Source of the DNA: Klebsormidium nitens
Taxonomy: Eukaryota > Plantae > Klebsormidiophyceae
Assembly: GCA_000708835.1 (NCBI GenBank)
Contig: DF237162.1
Coordinates: 63,700 to 127,699, forward strand
Length of the DNA: 64,000 nucleotides
Direction of reading: 5' to 3'
A program made the position numbers and the translations under genes. Below the pieces are notes generated by a model. That model was not told the origin of the DNA, did not search any database, and saw only the letters and a program-made list of their open reading frames with translations. Below, in pieces: positions 30,001-41,420 of the stretch; the stretch's first letter is position 1; the number at the start of each line of letters is the position of its first letter.

Positions 30001-30105
30001 TTGCAAAGAAAGTTGTTGGCTAGCAGGGAAACGCAAACCCTCATTCCAATTCCTACAAAAAAGCCCAGTGCAAAGATAGATTGCTTTTGCACCTGCCACC
30101 GACAT
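27010..30105 (-). CDS. Fe(II)/2-oxoglutarate dioxygenase, TauD/clavaminate synthase-AsnO-VioC-like, with putative plastid transit peptide; exons 30105-29413, 28827-28690, 27528-27010
   Basis: VLVVRGLPVDSDPPPTP. The spliced metal motif LDLHRDF (HxD) is followed by ADALLLIGVRGD, then LDAGDLLIVNNSRAAHGR (distal His) and DGSDRWVQRVY (2OG-binding Arg). Both junctions are phase 0 GT-AG. Confidence 0.85.
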
Positions 30106-30861
30106 GGCGCCAGACACTTCTGAATACCTATCAAAAACAACTGTATCAAAGTATCTTATCTGCACAAAAGCTCCTACTTCAACTTGCACGGTAAGCTCCT
30201 ACTTGCACAAAGCCTCCTCTGGTCTGTGCCACATGAGAAAGCGTCAGGCTTTCAAGTTCTGGAAACTTGATGAGATAACTTGCCACCCTTGTAGTCATAG
30301 AGTCTTTTCCGAAGAGTCTGATCGATTCAATGAGCTGGGTCGCTCCCGTGTTTGTAACGCCTCACCCTTTGTTCCTAGAGCGTTACAAGTTGACGCGAAC
30401 GAATTCCGTGAGGGCGTCGAACCATCTGCCGAATGGCAAGCCCTCCTTGCAGCTGCAGTTCTCTTGCCCTTGCTTGGATGAAATGGCAATCGATTGATCT
30501 TCAAGGGCGCCCTATTCATGTAACTTTAGGCGATACATCACAGGCTCACCAGCGCCACTTCTCTCAGTGAAGTCAGCCAGGTAAGTGATCCAGGCGAAGC
30601 TTGAAGCTATTGCCTTCCAACCCTGCCCCCATGACTGTCGTTGCGAGCCTCACGATCTGCAGTGAGGAGCTTTTTGGCAGCAGTCCGCAGCTTTTGTTAA
30701 GATTCCTGGTTCAATGGTTGTGCCATCAAGTTGAACTGGGGAAGCCTTTTGGAAGATTCAGGACTTAGTGCCACCATCGTTTTGCATAGCTGCCCCTCCT
30801 GGCTTCGTTTCCTGGCTTTTGTTATCAGAATTTACGCTTGATTGCAGGTCAATCCCAGGCT

Positions 30862-33449
30862 ATGGCGTCAATTACTCTGGCAAGCGCGCTTTCAGGAGCA
30901 GTGGGATTAAAGTCTGCCGTGCTCACAACTTCTTCACAAGTAAGTCCGATGGTACAAAAGCAGCAAGAAGCCCCTGGCTCTGAGAACTCTCAGCAATGAT
31001 GGCAGCTTCTATTAACAGTCTCCAACCAATCACCTCCTTGATTGCCTCAAGCATCCCGTCACAGTTGCTTTGTTCACTCCGTCCATCGCCATGCTGATTT
31101 TGTGCTGGATTACCTTTTGTCGAGCTCGCTTGATCTCCCTTTCAACGCACTCATTCAGATCCATCAATGTGAACCTGATAGTCCTTTTCTGGCAGAACCG
31201 GCATCCCACGTCAAGAGCTCCCGCTAGCCTGCGGTCACCCCAGCGCATAGCTCCTACCCCCGCTAGGCAACTTTACAATGACAGGAGTTCCGCTCGGAAC
31301 AAGATCGTCGCCAGGGCGGTAAGCCTCTTCAATATGGTTGATGCTGTTCTTATACGTTGGTCTGTTGATCGTTTAGGTTCCAATTACGAAAGGAATTCCC
31401 CTTATTATGTGATTAGAGATTAAAGACTGTGAGCTTATATCTTCCTGCTCTCAAAGAAAGATTTGCGGAAGCAGGTCAGCGCTTCCGAATGCTTCAGGTG
31501 TTTGCCTTCCCGATGTGGTTAGAAGCTGAAGACTGTGAGCTTATGAGTTCGCGTCCTCAAAGAAAGATACGTGGAATCAGATCTTTTCGAGAGTAGAGAA
31601 CCAGGCAGCAGAATACTGACTGAACATCTCTGTCAGACCACTGTTGAAGATGCATGGGTCTACTTTTTATTGCCTGCAACGTGGTTCGCATAATGTATCC
31701 GATACTGATCAGGACCGTGAAACACTCAAAATGGTCATGCAGAAATACTTCTCTTGAATGACAGCTGGTTTGCCAAAACGAGATTTTTTGTCAGCTGATT
31801 CGAAGGGCTATCACGCTTCTCTGATGCTTCTTGGGACCTTGAGGTTCTTTTGGCGCTTGCCACAGGTGTTAGTTGACTGAAAGAGCCAGGCACCTGGATG
31901 GGCATACAAGCTGACAACACCGAAAAGTCTGCAGGGCCTTTTGTATCCCAAAGTCCTTATTAGCAGGGGAAGCCTGCTGGCCTCTAAGCTCAATACAGTC
32001 TGTGAAAGCTCTTGCTCTGTGCCGACCCTATTAGTATCGCCAGCCTTAGTTGGAAGTCGGATAACCAACTTCGTTTGAAGTCGGGTTAACCAAGTCTGTT
32101 GGAAGTTGGACAAATACCAACTTTATTGGAAGTTGGGTTAAGCGATTTTGTTGGACGTTGGGGTAACCAACTGCCAGCACAACGCTGTGGTATAAGCGCC
32201 CCACTTACAGCCAGTAACCACGTTGATTGCTGTCAGCGAACTATGGACACCGTCTTCATAAGACTGCTTCATACAGGAAGTTCGGATTCTAATGCATAAC
32301 TCAATCGGATCGGCTCCAATCTAATGACACGGTGACAGAGGCAGCCACTCACGCGCGACAGTTGACTATTTTGTGCAGGCTTCTGATGCTACGCTTACCG
32401 ACGTGCGGAGGATCATCGCCACGCAGCTAGCAAAAGACCCTGCTGACGTTCCGGCGGACTCGAAGTTCGTGGACCTGGGGGCGGACTCTTTGGACACTGT
32501 GAGTGACTTTACAACAAGATGTTCCAGCTCGGCAGATGCTGTATTAACCAATCCCACTTCCTTTTGACGGGGAACCCAAGCCTTGCGGAGTGTAAGCGAT
32601 CAATTTTGGAAGCGTTTGAAAGTCGAGAGCACGAAAAGGAGGAGGAGAAGGCCCGTAAGATCAGAAGAGAAGCGATGGATGAGGCGTTGCACGGTGCAGG
32701 TTTCAAGCAACCTTTTACAGGGACCTTCCTAGCGACCATTTAACGACGACATGGGAACACGGTGTTGAGGATGGGGTTACTAACTAGACACTCAGGGAAC
32801 TCCTCAATTCGACCCTCTTGCGAGTTGTCTGGAATCCGAGCGAAAAGGATGTGGCAATCCCGAAGTTCATGATGTAAGCACATGATATACGGATCTGAGA
32901 GGAGAGGGTCTGCGAGAATCAAGCAGTGTGTTAGCGAAGAATCAGACGGTTCGGCCTTGCTTTTGGCTGGGGTACGGATCCAGGTAGCACTGTAAACACT
33001 CACGATTTGTCAAAAGGTGGGAATCATGTCGCAGGCATGCATACAACAAAGCTTGACCCACTTACCTTGTCGCAAGTCAAAGGTCGTCTGGTCTTACTGT
33101 CTGATTTATTGGGCCTTGACTCGTGCTGCCCAGATCTGGCGCTCAAGATCGTTTGGTCCCCTAAAGCGAGCAAAAGTTTTTTGCAAAACTGCTGAGATGT
33201 TCTGCGGATGAGGAGCAAGGTCCCCAAACGTCTGAAAGCGCTAGGTTTCGGGGCAGAATCTGAACTGAAAGTGGAGCGGAATCTGAACGGAACCTTGGGC
33301 GCGGACTCTAACCGGAAACCTCTGCACAGGTCGAGATCATGATGGCCCTCGAGGAGGCGTTCGACATCAGCCTGGATGAGGAGAAGGCGGAGAAGATCAC
33401 GACGGTGCGGCAAGCGGCGAACTTCATTGAGGAGCAACTCTCAGACTGA
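30862..33449 (+). CDS. ACP: Plastid acyl carrier protein, exons 30862-30939, 31196-31318, 32379-32498, 33330-33449
   Basis: Transit peptide [18 protein letters not shown]... and phosphopantetheine site [11 protein letters not shown]|[13 protein letters not shown]. All junctions are phase 0. Confidence 0.95.
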
Positions 33450-34397
33450 GGGAATGCCCCGCTTCGTCTACCTAAGGTGAGCGCTGAAGGGATGGATCAT
33501 CCGCAACTTGGTATGCTTTGTCTCGAAATTGGCGCCTTATGCTGGTTCTGCAATATGGCTTTGAGGAAGCGTGTCGATCACTTATTGCAGCTTCGGTCAC
33601 CTGGCCGCCTGATCCGAATCCAAAGTCCAAACGACAGGAGCCTCAGAACTTTTCTCGAGCTGCAAAACTTGGGCCGTTCAATGAGAGGCATCCGGGTCAT
33701 CGCAAGGTCCAAAGTTGCGCATCGGGCAAAGTTGTGCGTTCGGCTCAAATAGGAGTCTGGTCAGGCGGCGAGGTTTAACCGACTGTGCAGTAAGCGCCTG
33801 CAACCGCGCATCGGCGTCCCTGAGCACAGAGTCTTGGCGCCGGTCTTGGGCAGCGAGATTGGATCTTGGGGTTCGCCGTAAATCGATGAGATGCGACAAT
33901 CGTGAGTTGATATGTTCTCGGTTTTTGGTCGTTCTACTTGCAGTTCAAAGCGATGCCGAACGGCACTGCTAAGTGGAGGCCGCTATGTGGTGGCCGCAAC
34001 ATTTGGTACTTCTCTAGGAAGCGATTTATGAAACTGTATGGTACTCGTTACCAGAAGAAAGGATCATAATCAATGATCGGAAAGCGCGCCGTGCTAATCT
34101 TCTATCAAACTTTATCGCGGGTACTTGCGGTATTTTGCTCGTCAAAGCACCAAAGCCATGTTAACACCAGTAAGCTTGTAAGACCATCAGCTGTACTAAG
34201 GCCTTAGACATTTGTTCTAAAGATACTCCCTAGGGAGAAGGAGGACACCCTACATGATGTACAGTGATAGATATGATCATGTCAGCTGTAGGAGCTCGCA
34301 AAACAGTCTTATTAAGTTACACAAGGATTGCCAGCTGCCAAATTTGGGTGCCATGCGTGAAATCTGAGTTGTTTGAAGCTGGTAAGCAGCAATAGTG

Positions 34398-34769
34398 TAG
34401 TAGAGTATGTAATTTCACTAGTTTCAACTGCAACGTAGGCATGACATCACCGGTACCTACGGTGAACATTGTGGCGGTACGCTACCATGTCGAAAATGGT
34501 CGGTACCGTGCAGTGTTCAACCGGGCACTCGATTGCAGGGAGACGGAGTGCTCGGGGGATGTTAGGGTTACAAGAGGGCAAGTGACCGACTGATCTTGGT
34601 GGGGTTAGTTGGGGGGTTAGGGTGGGTACGGGCGGGCTATGGCGGAACGCCTTTGGGTATCGTCATAACCCGGTTACTGCTCTCAGTTTGACCTTAGGGT
34701 TTTAGGTTTGGCAGGTCCTTACCTATGATGACGTTGCAGTTGAAACTAGTGAAGTTACATACCTACGTC
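34398..34769. mobile_element. Non-autonomous DNA transposon (MITE), ~370 bp
   Basis: 32-bp inverted repeats 34405-34436 (gtatgtaatttcactagtttcaactgcaacgt) and 34731-34762, with 1 mismatch. An 8-bp direct repeat caatagtg flanks the element at 34390-34397 and 34770-34777. No internal coding capacity. Confidence 0.75.
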
Positions 34770-35745
34770 CAATAGTGCCTGGCATATCCAAAAATTGCAG
34801 GTGGGCTGAGTCTATCTATGAAGGTTAACTAAGATGGGCCCGGTTATATATACTAGTCCGAAAAATCAGCGCCCGTGCTGGTACCCGTGTTCACATGCAA
34901 GCTTACATGTACGTTGCATGATTCATGCAGGCGGCCACGGATGCATGACTCGCGCGCACATGTGCATATATTCTAGTCAACGAAGACTGGCATGTATGTA
35001 TATTATGGCGGCACTTCCAAGTTCAAGATCATCATCATTGCTTGTAATGGGCGGCCCGCGTCCAGTGACGACGGTTGCATATCTGCACATATATATGCAT
35101 AGATCAGTGTTTATAGAGCTTAATTGACGGGATGCAAGAAACATCTATACCGAGCGGATCACTCACTGCCAACCAGCACGCAGTGATTGCACAATTGTCC
35201 ACTTATATGCCAGCCAAATGACACCTCAGTTTCGATACGCACGCGCAAATCTAAAACGCCTGGAGTTTTAGCATGATCGGAGAGGCTCGGAGCCGCTGCA
35301 TACACGGACTGAGAGCATTGCAAACAAAGTTGCAGAACAGAAGCCACCTCATAACTTCCTTCGAGCCTGCATGGTGCCTGTACTGTTCCACAGCTCATGG
35401 CTGGTGCAAGTCGATCCATGACGCGTGCATGCCTGGTTCTGATGCACAACCTTTTGCTAGCTTAACATATTATGGTGCTTCAACGCGGCTGAGGATAAGT
35501 GGTGACGAGCAGGCTCTCGGCCAAAAGATGGAAAATACTGTCTCACGTGTCATGCCCCAGTGACTGCAGTATCTTTCCTGAGTTCTACACAGTTGTTTTT
35601 TCAGTACCGGTTGCCTTGCATATTATGCTAGCGTCGCATGCTTTTTCCCTCATCTTCTTCTAGCCGCATGCTAGCCTTGGACGTAAAAAAAATCTCTGAT
35701 CTCGCGATGAGACCACAACTAATCTGAGGTGGAGCCAAGCAGTGA

Positions 35746-38700
35746 TCAAGACGACTTGGTGATGTTCTCCGCGTTCAGAATCTCAATCCAGTAACCGTCA
35801 GGATCTTTAATGAATGCGAGCCCTTTCATTGAACCTGGTCGAGAGAAAACAGACAGGGATCAAAGAGGCATCTTCTGACCAACTCTTCACCCGTATCGTG
35901 GTCAAAACGCTTGAGCGGTTATGTATGCAGAGACCATCGGTTTGAAAACCAGTATTCACAAAAGCAAGCGCATTTCCAAGGTCTTAGAGAAGCGCAAGAG
36001 AACCGCAGAAAGATCGGAAAGAACGGGTTTCAAGAATAAGTCAGTGATTTTGGAGCATATTGCTCCTGTGCGCCAGTCAGGTGCAAGACAGTGCGGGAAT
36101 TAAGAAATGCCAGTCGCCCGACAAAACGCGGTCTGTCAGAAGCAGTAATTTTGGAGACGTATGGGGCGTCGCACAAAACTCGAGCCGGGGGATGCGATGC
36201 GGGACGGTTTCCGGCGGATCCCGAAAGAGCGAGAAGCTGTCAGCATTCGCAAGATACCAGCCACGGGACGGTGCACAGCCTTTCGACAGATCTGGAAGAG
36301 GCGGGCGCCAGAAAAGAGAAAGGCGGAAAATGGGCACGTGTTGGGACCGACCGGCCAAGCTTGCCCGTCTTGTTTTGCCGAGCCAGAAACAAAAAATGAA
36401 ACCTTTCAACGAAAAGCTCTTCAACAGAAATGTCTCCAGAAACGCTGAAAGCCCCGACGAAAGGACATAAAGAGGGCGGGTTGTTGCTTGCGCACACCTC
36501 GACAGACTTCATGCCGAGCCTATCAGAGCCCTTGCGCCGAAGCGGCTTTTGACCAATACGGCGCCAACAAAGAATGAAGGAACGGAACAAGAAACGACCG
36601 ACAGGACGAAGCGCAGAGGAATGTGAAAACTTATAAGCTACTGCGCGTATCCTTGCGGCCCAGCAGTCGGGCCTCTTCGAACCCGCTTCTCAAAGCACTC
36701 GCGCCGAGACCGTTTCCAAACAACCCTGGCGCTCAAGTGGAAAGAAGAGATGATGACAGTAAGTGACAATTGGAATTAAAACTGAAAGCGATTGCGAACC
36801 ATGTGCTTGCGGCTCACCGCCTTCCGGCGTCTTCTCAAAGTCCTCTCCTCGCTTCTCAAATCGCTCGCGCCGGGACCAATTCCGACGACGTCGGCGCTAT
36901 AAAAGAAATAAAGAGATGGCATCGAATCACCAAAAACAAACCAAAGCAACTGCGAAACGTATGCTTCCGGCTCACCGCCGTCGGGCGTCTTGACAAACTC
37001 GACGCCCAGCTTCTCAAACCGCTCGCATGCCTTGTACACGTCAGGCACGGACAGCCCGATGTGGCCGTAGCCCTTGGGGTCGGTGTTGCCATTGTGGTAG
37101 CCCTTGAAGTTGGGGTCGCTCTCGGTGCCCCAGTTGCTGCACAAAGAAGAATACAAATTATCTTAGAATTCAGAAGAATGGTGAGAGGCAGAGGAACAGT
37201 CGGAAGCGTACTGAAAGACTGATGTGATAGGCCCTTAAAGGCCCAAAAATGGAGACGTTTCGACACCTTGAGGTCCGTGTTGCCGTTGTGGTAGCCTCTA
37301 AAGTTGGGGTCGCTCTCAGTACCCCAGTTGCTGCACCAAGAAGAGCAAGAGTATTGGAGAGTTATTGAGCAGCAGAGTAACAGTCGGAAGAGTATAGAAA
37401 GAATGTTGTGGTAGCCCTTGAAGTTGGGGTCGCTCTCAGTACCCCACTTGCTGCACAAATAAGGGAACAAACGTTCTAGAAGATGAAATTTGTCGAGCAG
37501 GAGAGTAAGAGTCAGAAGATTATTGAAAGACTGTTGTGGTAGCCCTTGAAGTTGGGGTCGCTCTCAGTGCCCCAGTTGCTGCACCAAGAAGGAGCTCAGG
37601 AAAGTCGAAATAAGAGTACTCCAGTGTCCAGTCTAGACTACTTTAGATACGAGCGGCGATGTGATAGGCCCTTGGAGTTGGCGACGCTTTCGGGTCCCCA
37701 ATTGCTGCACAAAGAATCGCACGAACGTACTTTAGAACTCGACGAGTTGTTGAGCAGCAGATTGACAGTCGGAAGAGTACTGAAGGCTGACGCGATAGGC
37801 CCTTGAAGGCCCAGAAATCGAAATGCTTTGACACCTTGAAAGCAATATGGAAACGGCACGACCAATGATTCGATCGAAGATAAAGAGCCACGTTGACATG
37901 ACGTTCTCCAAGACTGCTACTGCTACCGAACATCGATCAACGAGAAGTCAGGCACTTGAAACGTACAGAGGTATTCACGTAAGAAGCCGTACCCGCTTGC
38001 AAGCCGTTACAATGAACTTTTGAAAGTGTTCTTAGTCCCTTTTGCTGCGACTGCGATTCAAAAACAACAATTCAAAGGTTCAGATAAACCAACAACGAAT
38101 GAAAGCAGAAAACGTCCTGCGTACAGTGGTGTAAGAAGGAAATAGACAGCGACTAGCAGTGCGGATTGCGTCACTCACTGCGTCAGCTCAACGGTGCCCC
38201 TCTGCCTGAACGTCCAGATGCCTCTTTGGACCGGGTCGTCGGGAATCTCCTTAGGGTCCTGCACGCACACTCTGTATGTTTCATGACGAGGGCAAGGAAT
38301 GGCCGTTGTCTTCGGCCGTCGTCTAATTGAAGAGACCAAGGAATGGCCATTGACTTCGGCCGTCATCTCTTTCAAGAGAGCCATCAATGGCCGTTGACAT
38401 TGGACATCGTCTGTTTGAAGAGGGCAAGAGATGGCCGTTGACATTGGACATCGTCTGTTTGAAGAGGGCAAGAGATGGCCGTTGATTTCGGCCATCGTCT
38501 CCATGTCTTGGTTCACGGTCCTCGATGCTCTTCGAACTCAGGAGCTTGTAGGACCTGCTTCTGGTTGGTGTCGGAATCTCCACACGTTTCGGCAGCTCGA
38601 GGAGCTCAGAAGAAGTGATTTTCTGATAAGTACTTTTAGTTCGGCGGAAGCAACATCAACACTTGGGACCTTTGAGAGTTGTCCCGCAAATCGAACTCTA

Positions 38701-40784
38701 AGCATGCTTTTGCACGGACGCCAGGAAGGGGCATGTCGAGAATCTGAGAGCCAGGGCGGTCGCTTGTCGGTGATGAATCAACAACTCTCTCGTTTCGTGG
38801 TCCTGAGCACCTCTATGAGCCTAATAATGTACAATAAGGTCGGGATTTACCGACAGGTATTGTATGGGTTTCCGAAACAGAAAGCTCATTTAGCTTGTCA
38901 AACGGGACAGTTCTTTGTATCTCACAGAAGGTCCGTACTTACTGCATATCCGACGAAATAGAGGGAGAACTTCGCGGACGGGAAGTCGAATCGCTTCAGA
39001 AGCCTGGAGAATAAGCGGGACACTTAATGTTGGTGACATGCTCCGTCAATGATAAGTGAAGTGGCGACAGGATGCAACTGAAGTAGATACCATTAAGAAG
39101 CCCCATAAATTGAAGTGCATGATGAAGCAACCCTATCTCGTACTTGAGAGTCTTTTTTCCTGCTTCATTCTCGCAACTGAAGTCTCTGCTTTTGGGACTC
39201 CTTTTTTGAGTAGAGGGGTAATTTTGTGGACAAATGTAGACACGAAAGGCGCAAACGTAAAGTTTACTCGAATCCTCAAAGGCTTTCTCCTTTCCCCTTA
39301 ACAGTTCTGCACCCAAACATATTTTCTCGGTGAAAATAAAACCTTGAAGACAATGCACTCGGATTGCCTTTTCGAAGTAGTAAAGCCTCGAACAGAAGAT
39401 ACGAAATACTTCGATAGCTTTCAGAGAACCTCCAGCCCCCCTTAGCAGAGTCCCCAAAGTACACATACCAACCTCGTGAAACAAAATACCCACCTCATTC
39501 CGAGAACTCGGGTGTAGAAGTCCAGAGACACTTTCGGGTCCTTGATCCTGTACATCTGTAGAGAACAGTCGGTGCATTAGAAAGAGCGGATGATAACCTC
39601 TCAAACAGGTGAGGTCTAAAAGGAAAGATATTGACACTGTCAACCAGCGCTCCTGAGCTTACTGCTTACACAGGCCAGAGTGGCAAAATAGAGGGGATAA
39701 ATTAATATGGTCCCATTGCAGTTAGAAGCATCTGGCACCTTATACTGGATCTCCCATTCCCCCCCTGGCTGATCACTACCAGTGCGTGTCTGATTCGGTC
39801 CATTGGGGATCAGGGAGCAAAGTGGCAATAAGTAAACGATGCGTGGTAGATGCATACCGTTTGTTGCATGATATACTCTTGCGTCTCAGGATCTACAGTG
39901 TCCGCCACTCCAGGAGTTTTCGCCGATGACTCAAGAGGTGCCTCGGAAGACGCCATGGCCACAAATCGATGTTGCAAAGGGACCTGCATCTTGAAAAGAT
40001 TCTGGATCAGATTTGATGCCGAATACATTAGGCAGTGGACGTTGAAAGACAACCCCCCCTTCATTTTTGTTATCCCAGCGCAGAAAACAACTGACTGGAA
40101 GAAGACATGCTGGTTTTATTTATAAGGTTCCCCCAGTCCATTGTCCTGTTGCGTCCCCGTGTTTCCGTAGTTTCTTTCATAGATTCAGGTCAAAGAATGA
40201 ACTGATCACTGTGGCTTTTCAAGCTTGTGTCAACGGGTTTTTAAAACAAGCACTGCACATGGTCAAAAAGCAGGAACGATGAAGATACTTTCTTATGCAC
40301 GATTTCTAAAACACAACGTACATTTTTGATAAGGCCAATTCATGCAGGGCACATCTGATGGCTTGTATCAAAGGGGATCTCTGCCTTTTATGGTCTGGAT
40401 GAGTTGAGGTGGTGCTATGCATTTTGGATACAATCCCATGAACCAAAAGGATTTTGCATGCAAAGGCCCTTGCAATGCTGTCACACAGTAACTTCCCCAC
40501 ACTGATCCATCAGAGTGTGAGCACATCAGGAAAGAGTGGTGCGCGAAAGTTCTGAAAACGCGCACCTTTTCTTCACGATACTGCAAAGGTTTCAACTTGC
40601 TACTTTGATTGGAGAGTGTGACACCCCAAAAGGTGGTACTTCTGAAGGGAGCAGCGGCTGCCAACGGGCTGGACTGCAGCAAAGGTGGTGAGGGTATGCT
40701 GCGAGACAATTGGCGATGGACAGAAGCAACAGGGCGAGAAAGGAATGAAGGACTGCGGTGGAGACTGCGTGTCAAACAGGCCAT
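35746..40784 (-). CDS. GLO1: Glyoxalase I (lactoylglutathione lyase, Zn-type single-domain) with organellar transit peptide; exons 40784-40566, 39983-39858, 39555-39494, 39003-38943, 38258-38179, 37136-36976, 35834-35746
   Basis: MQQT|[34 protein letters not shown]|[53 protein letters not shown]. All phases are consistent. Confidence 0.95.
37222..37840 (-). repeat. Tandem ~125-bp units duplicating the acceptor and start of GLO1 exon 6
   Basis: On the minus strand, TGCAG|CAA(C/G/T)TGGGG...GAGAGCGACCCCAACTT begins at 37330, 37450, 37578 and 37704 (most degenerate), versus the true exon start at 37136. Confidence 0.9.
38296..38505. repeat. 44-bp minisatellite, ~5 copies, in a GLO1 intron
   Basis: atggccgttgacattggacatcgtctgtttgaagagggcaagag occurs twice exactly, with three diverged flanking copies. 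Confidence 0.9.
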
Positions 40785-41420
40785 TGGCGTCGTCCTTCAA
40801 CGCAAGGGACTGCTCTCTCTGGAGCGAGCAGGAACCAGCTCTCTCAACGACAATGAGTCTCAGGACTCAGGAGTCAGGAGTCAGGACTGCATATTTGCGT
40901 ATTGTGGGAAATCTCATTCCAGGATCTCTATAAGTACCAGAGCCCTTATACAAATGCAGCAACTGTATTATATAGAGCATATAGTCTATTAATACCGGTA
41001 TGGTCTAAATATCGAGGCGAATTTGCAATGCCTCTCCCGTTTATATAAAAACGCAATCCCGGCTCCTGATCAGGGCTTATGCCAAAAGAAAACGGCAATA
41101 TATGCAAGTTTAATCTCGATATGCACCTCCAGTTCTGTACCTTTGATGCAAAATCAAGGACAGGCGGCAGGCCGATCAAAAAGCAGAGTCCTGAGCTGTC
41201 CAGCCTCAGGGCACTCTTAAGACAGGTTTTGGGCGATTGAACTTGAAACTGGGCTCTTCAATTGAGCTTCTTGGAAGTCCTGAGGGACCTGCTCCTTTCC
41301 ACCTTAGGTAGAGTTTTCTGCAAAGCGTAGAGTTTGCTGCAGAGCCGCCGACCGTGTTGGCGTCGTCCCAACACGTGATCACCTCTGCAAACTTTGGAGC
41401 TAAACTGAGACGGCGGAACC

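Noticed and set aside
34560-34710. Interstitial telomere
   Set aside because: Only scattered TTAGGG-like words, with no tandem array. They lie inside the MITE.
37222-38505. CRISPR-like appearance of spaced repeats in GLO1 introns
   Set aside because: The context is eukaryotic, the 'spacers' are homologous to each other, the repeats copy an exon, and there are no cas genes.
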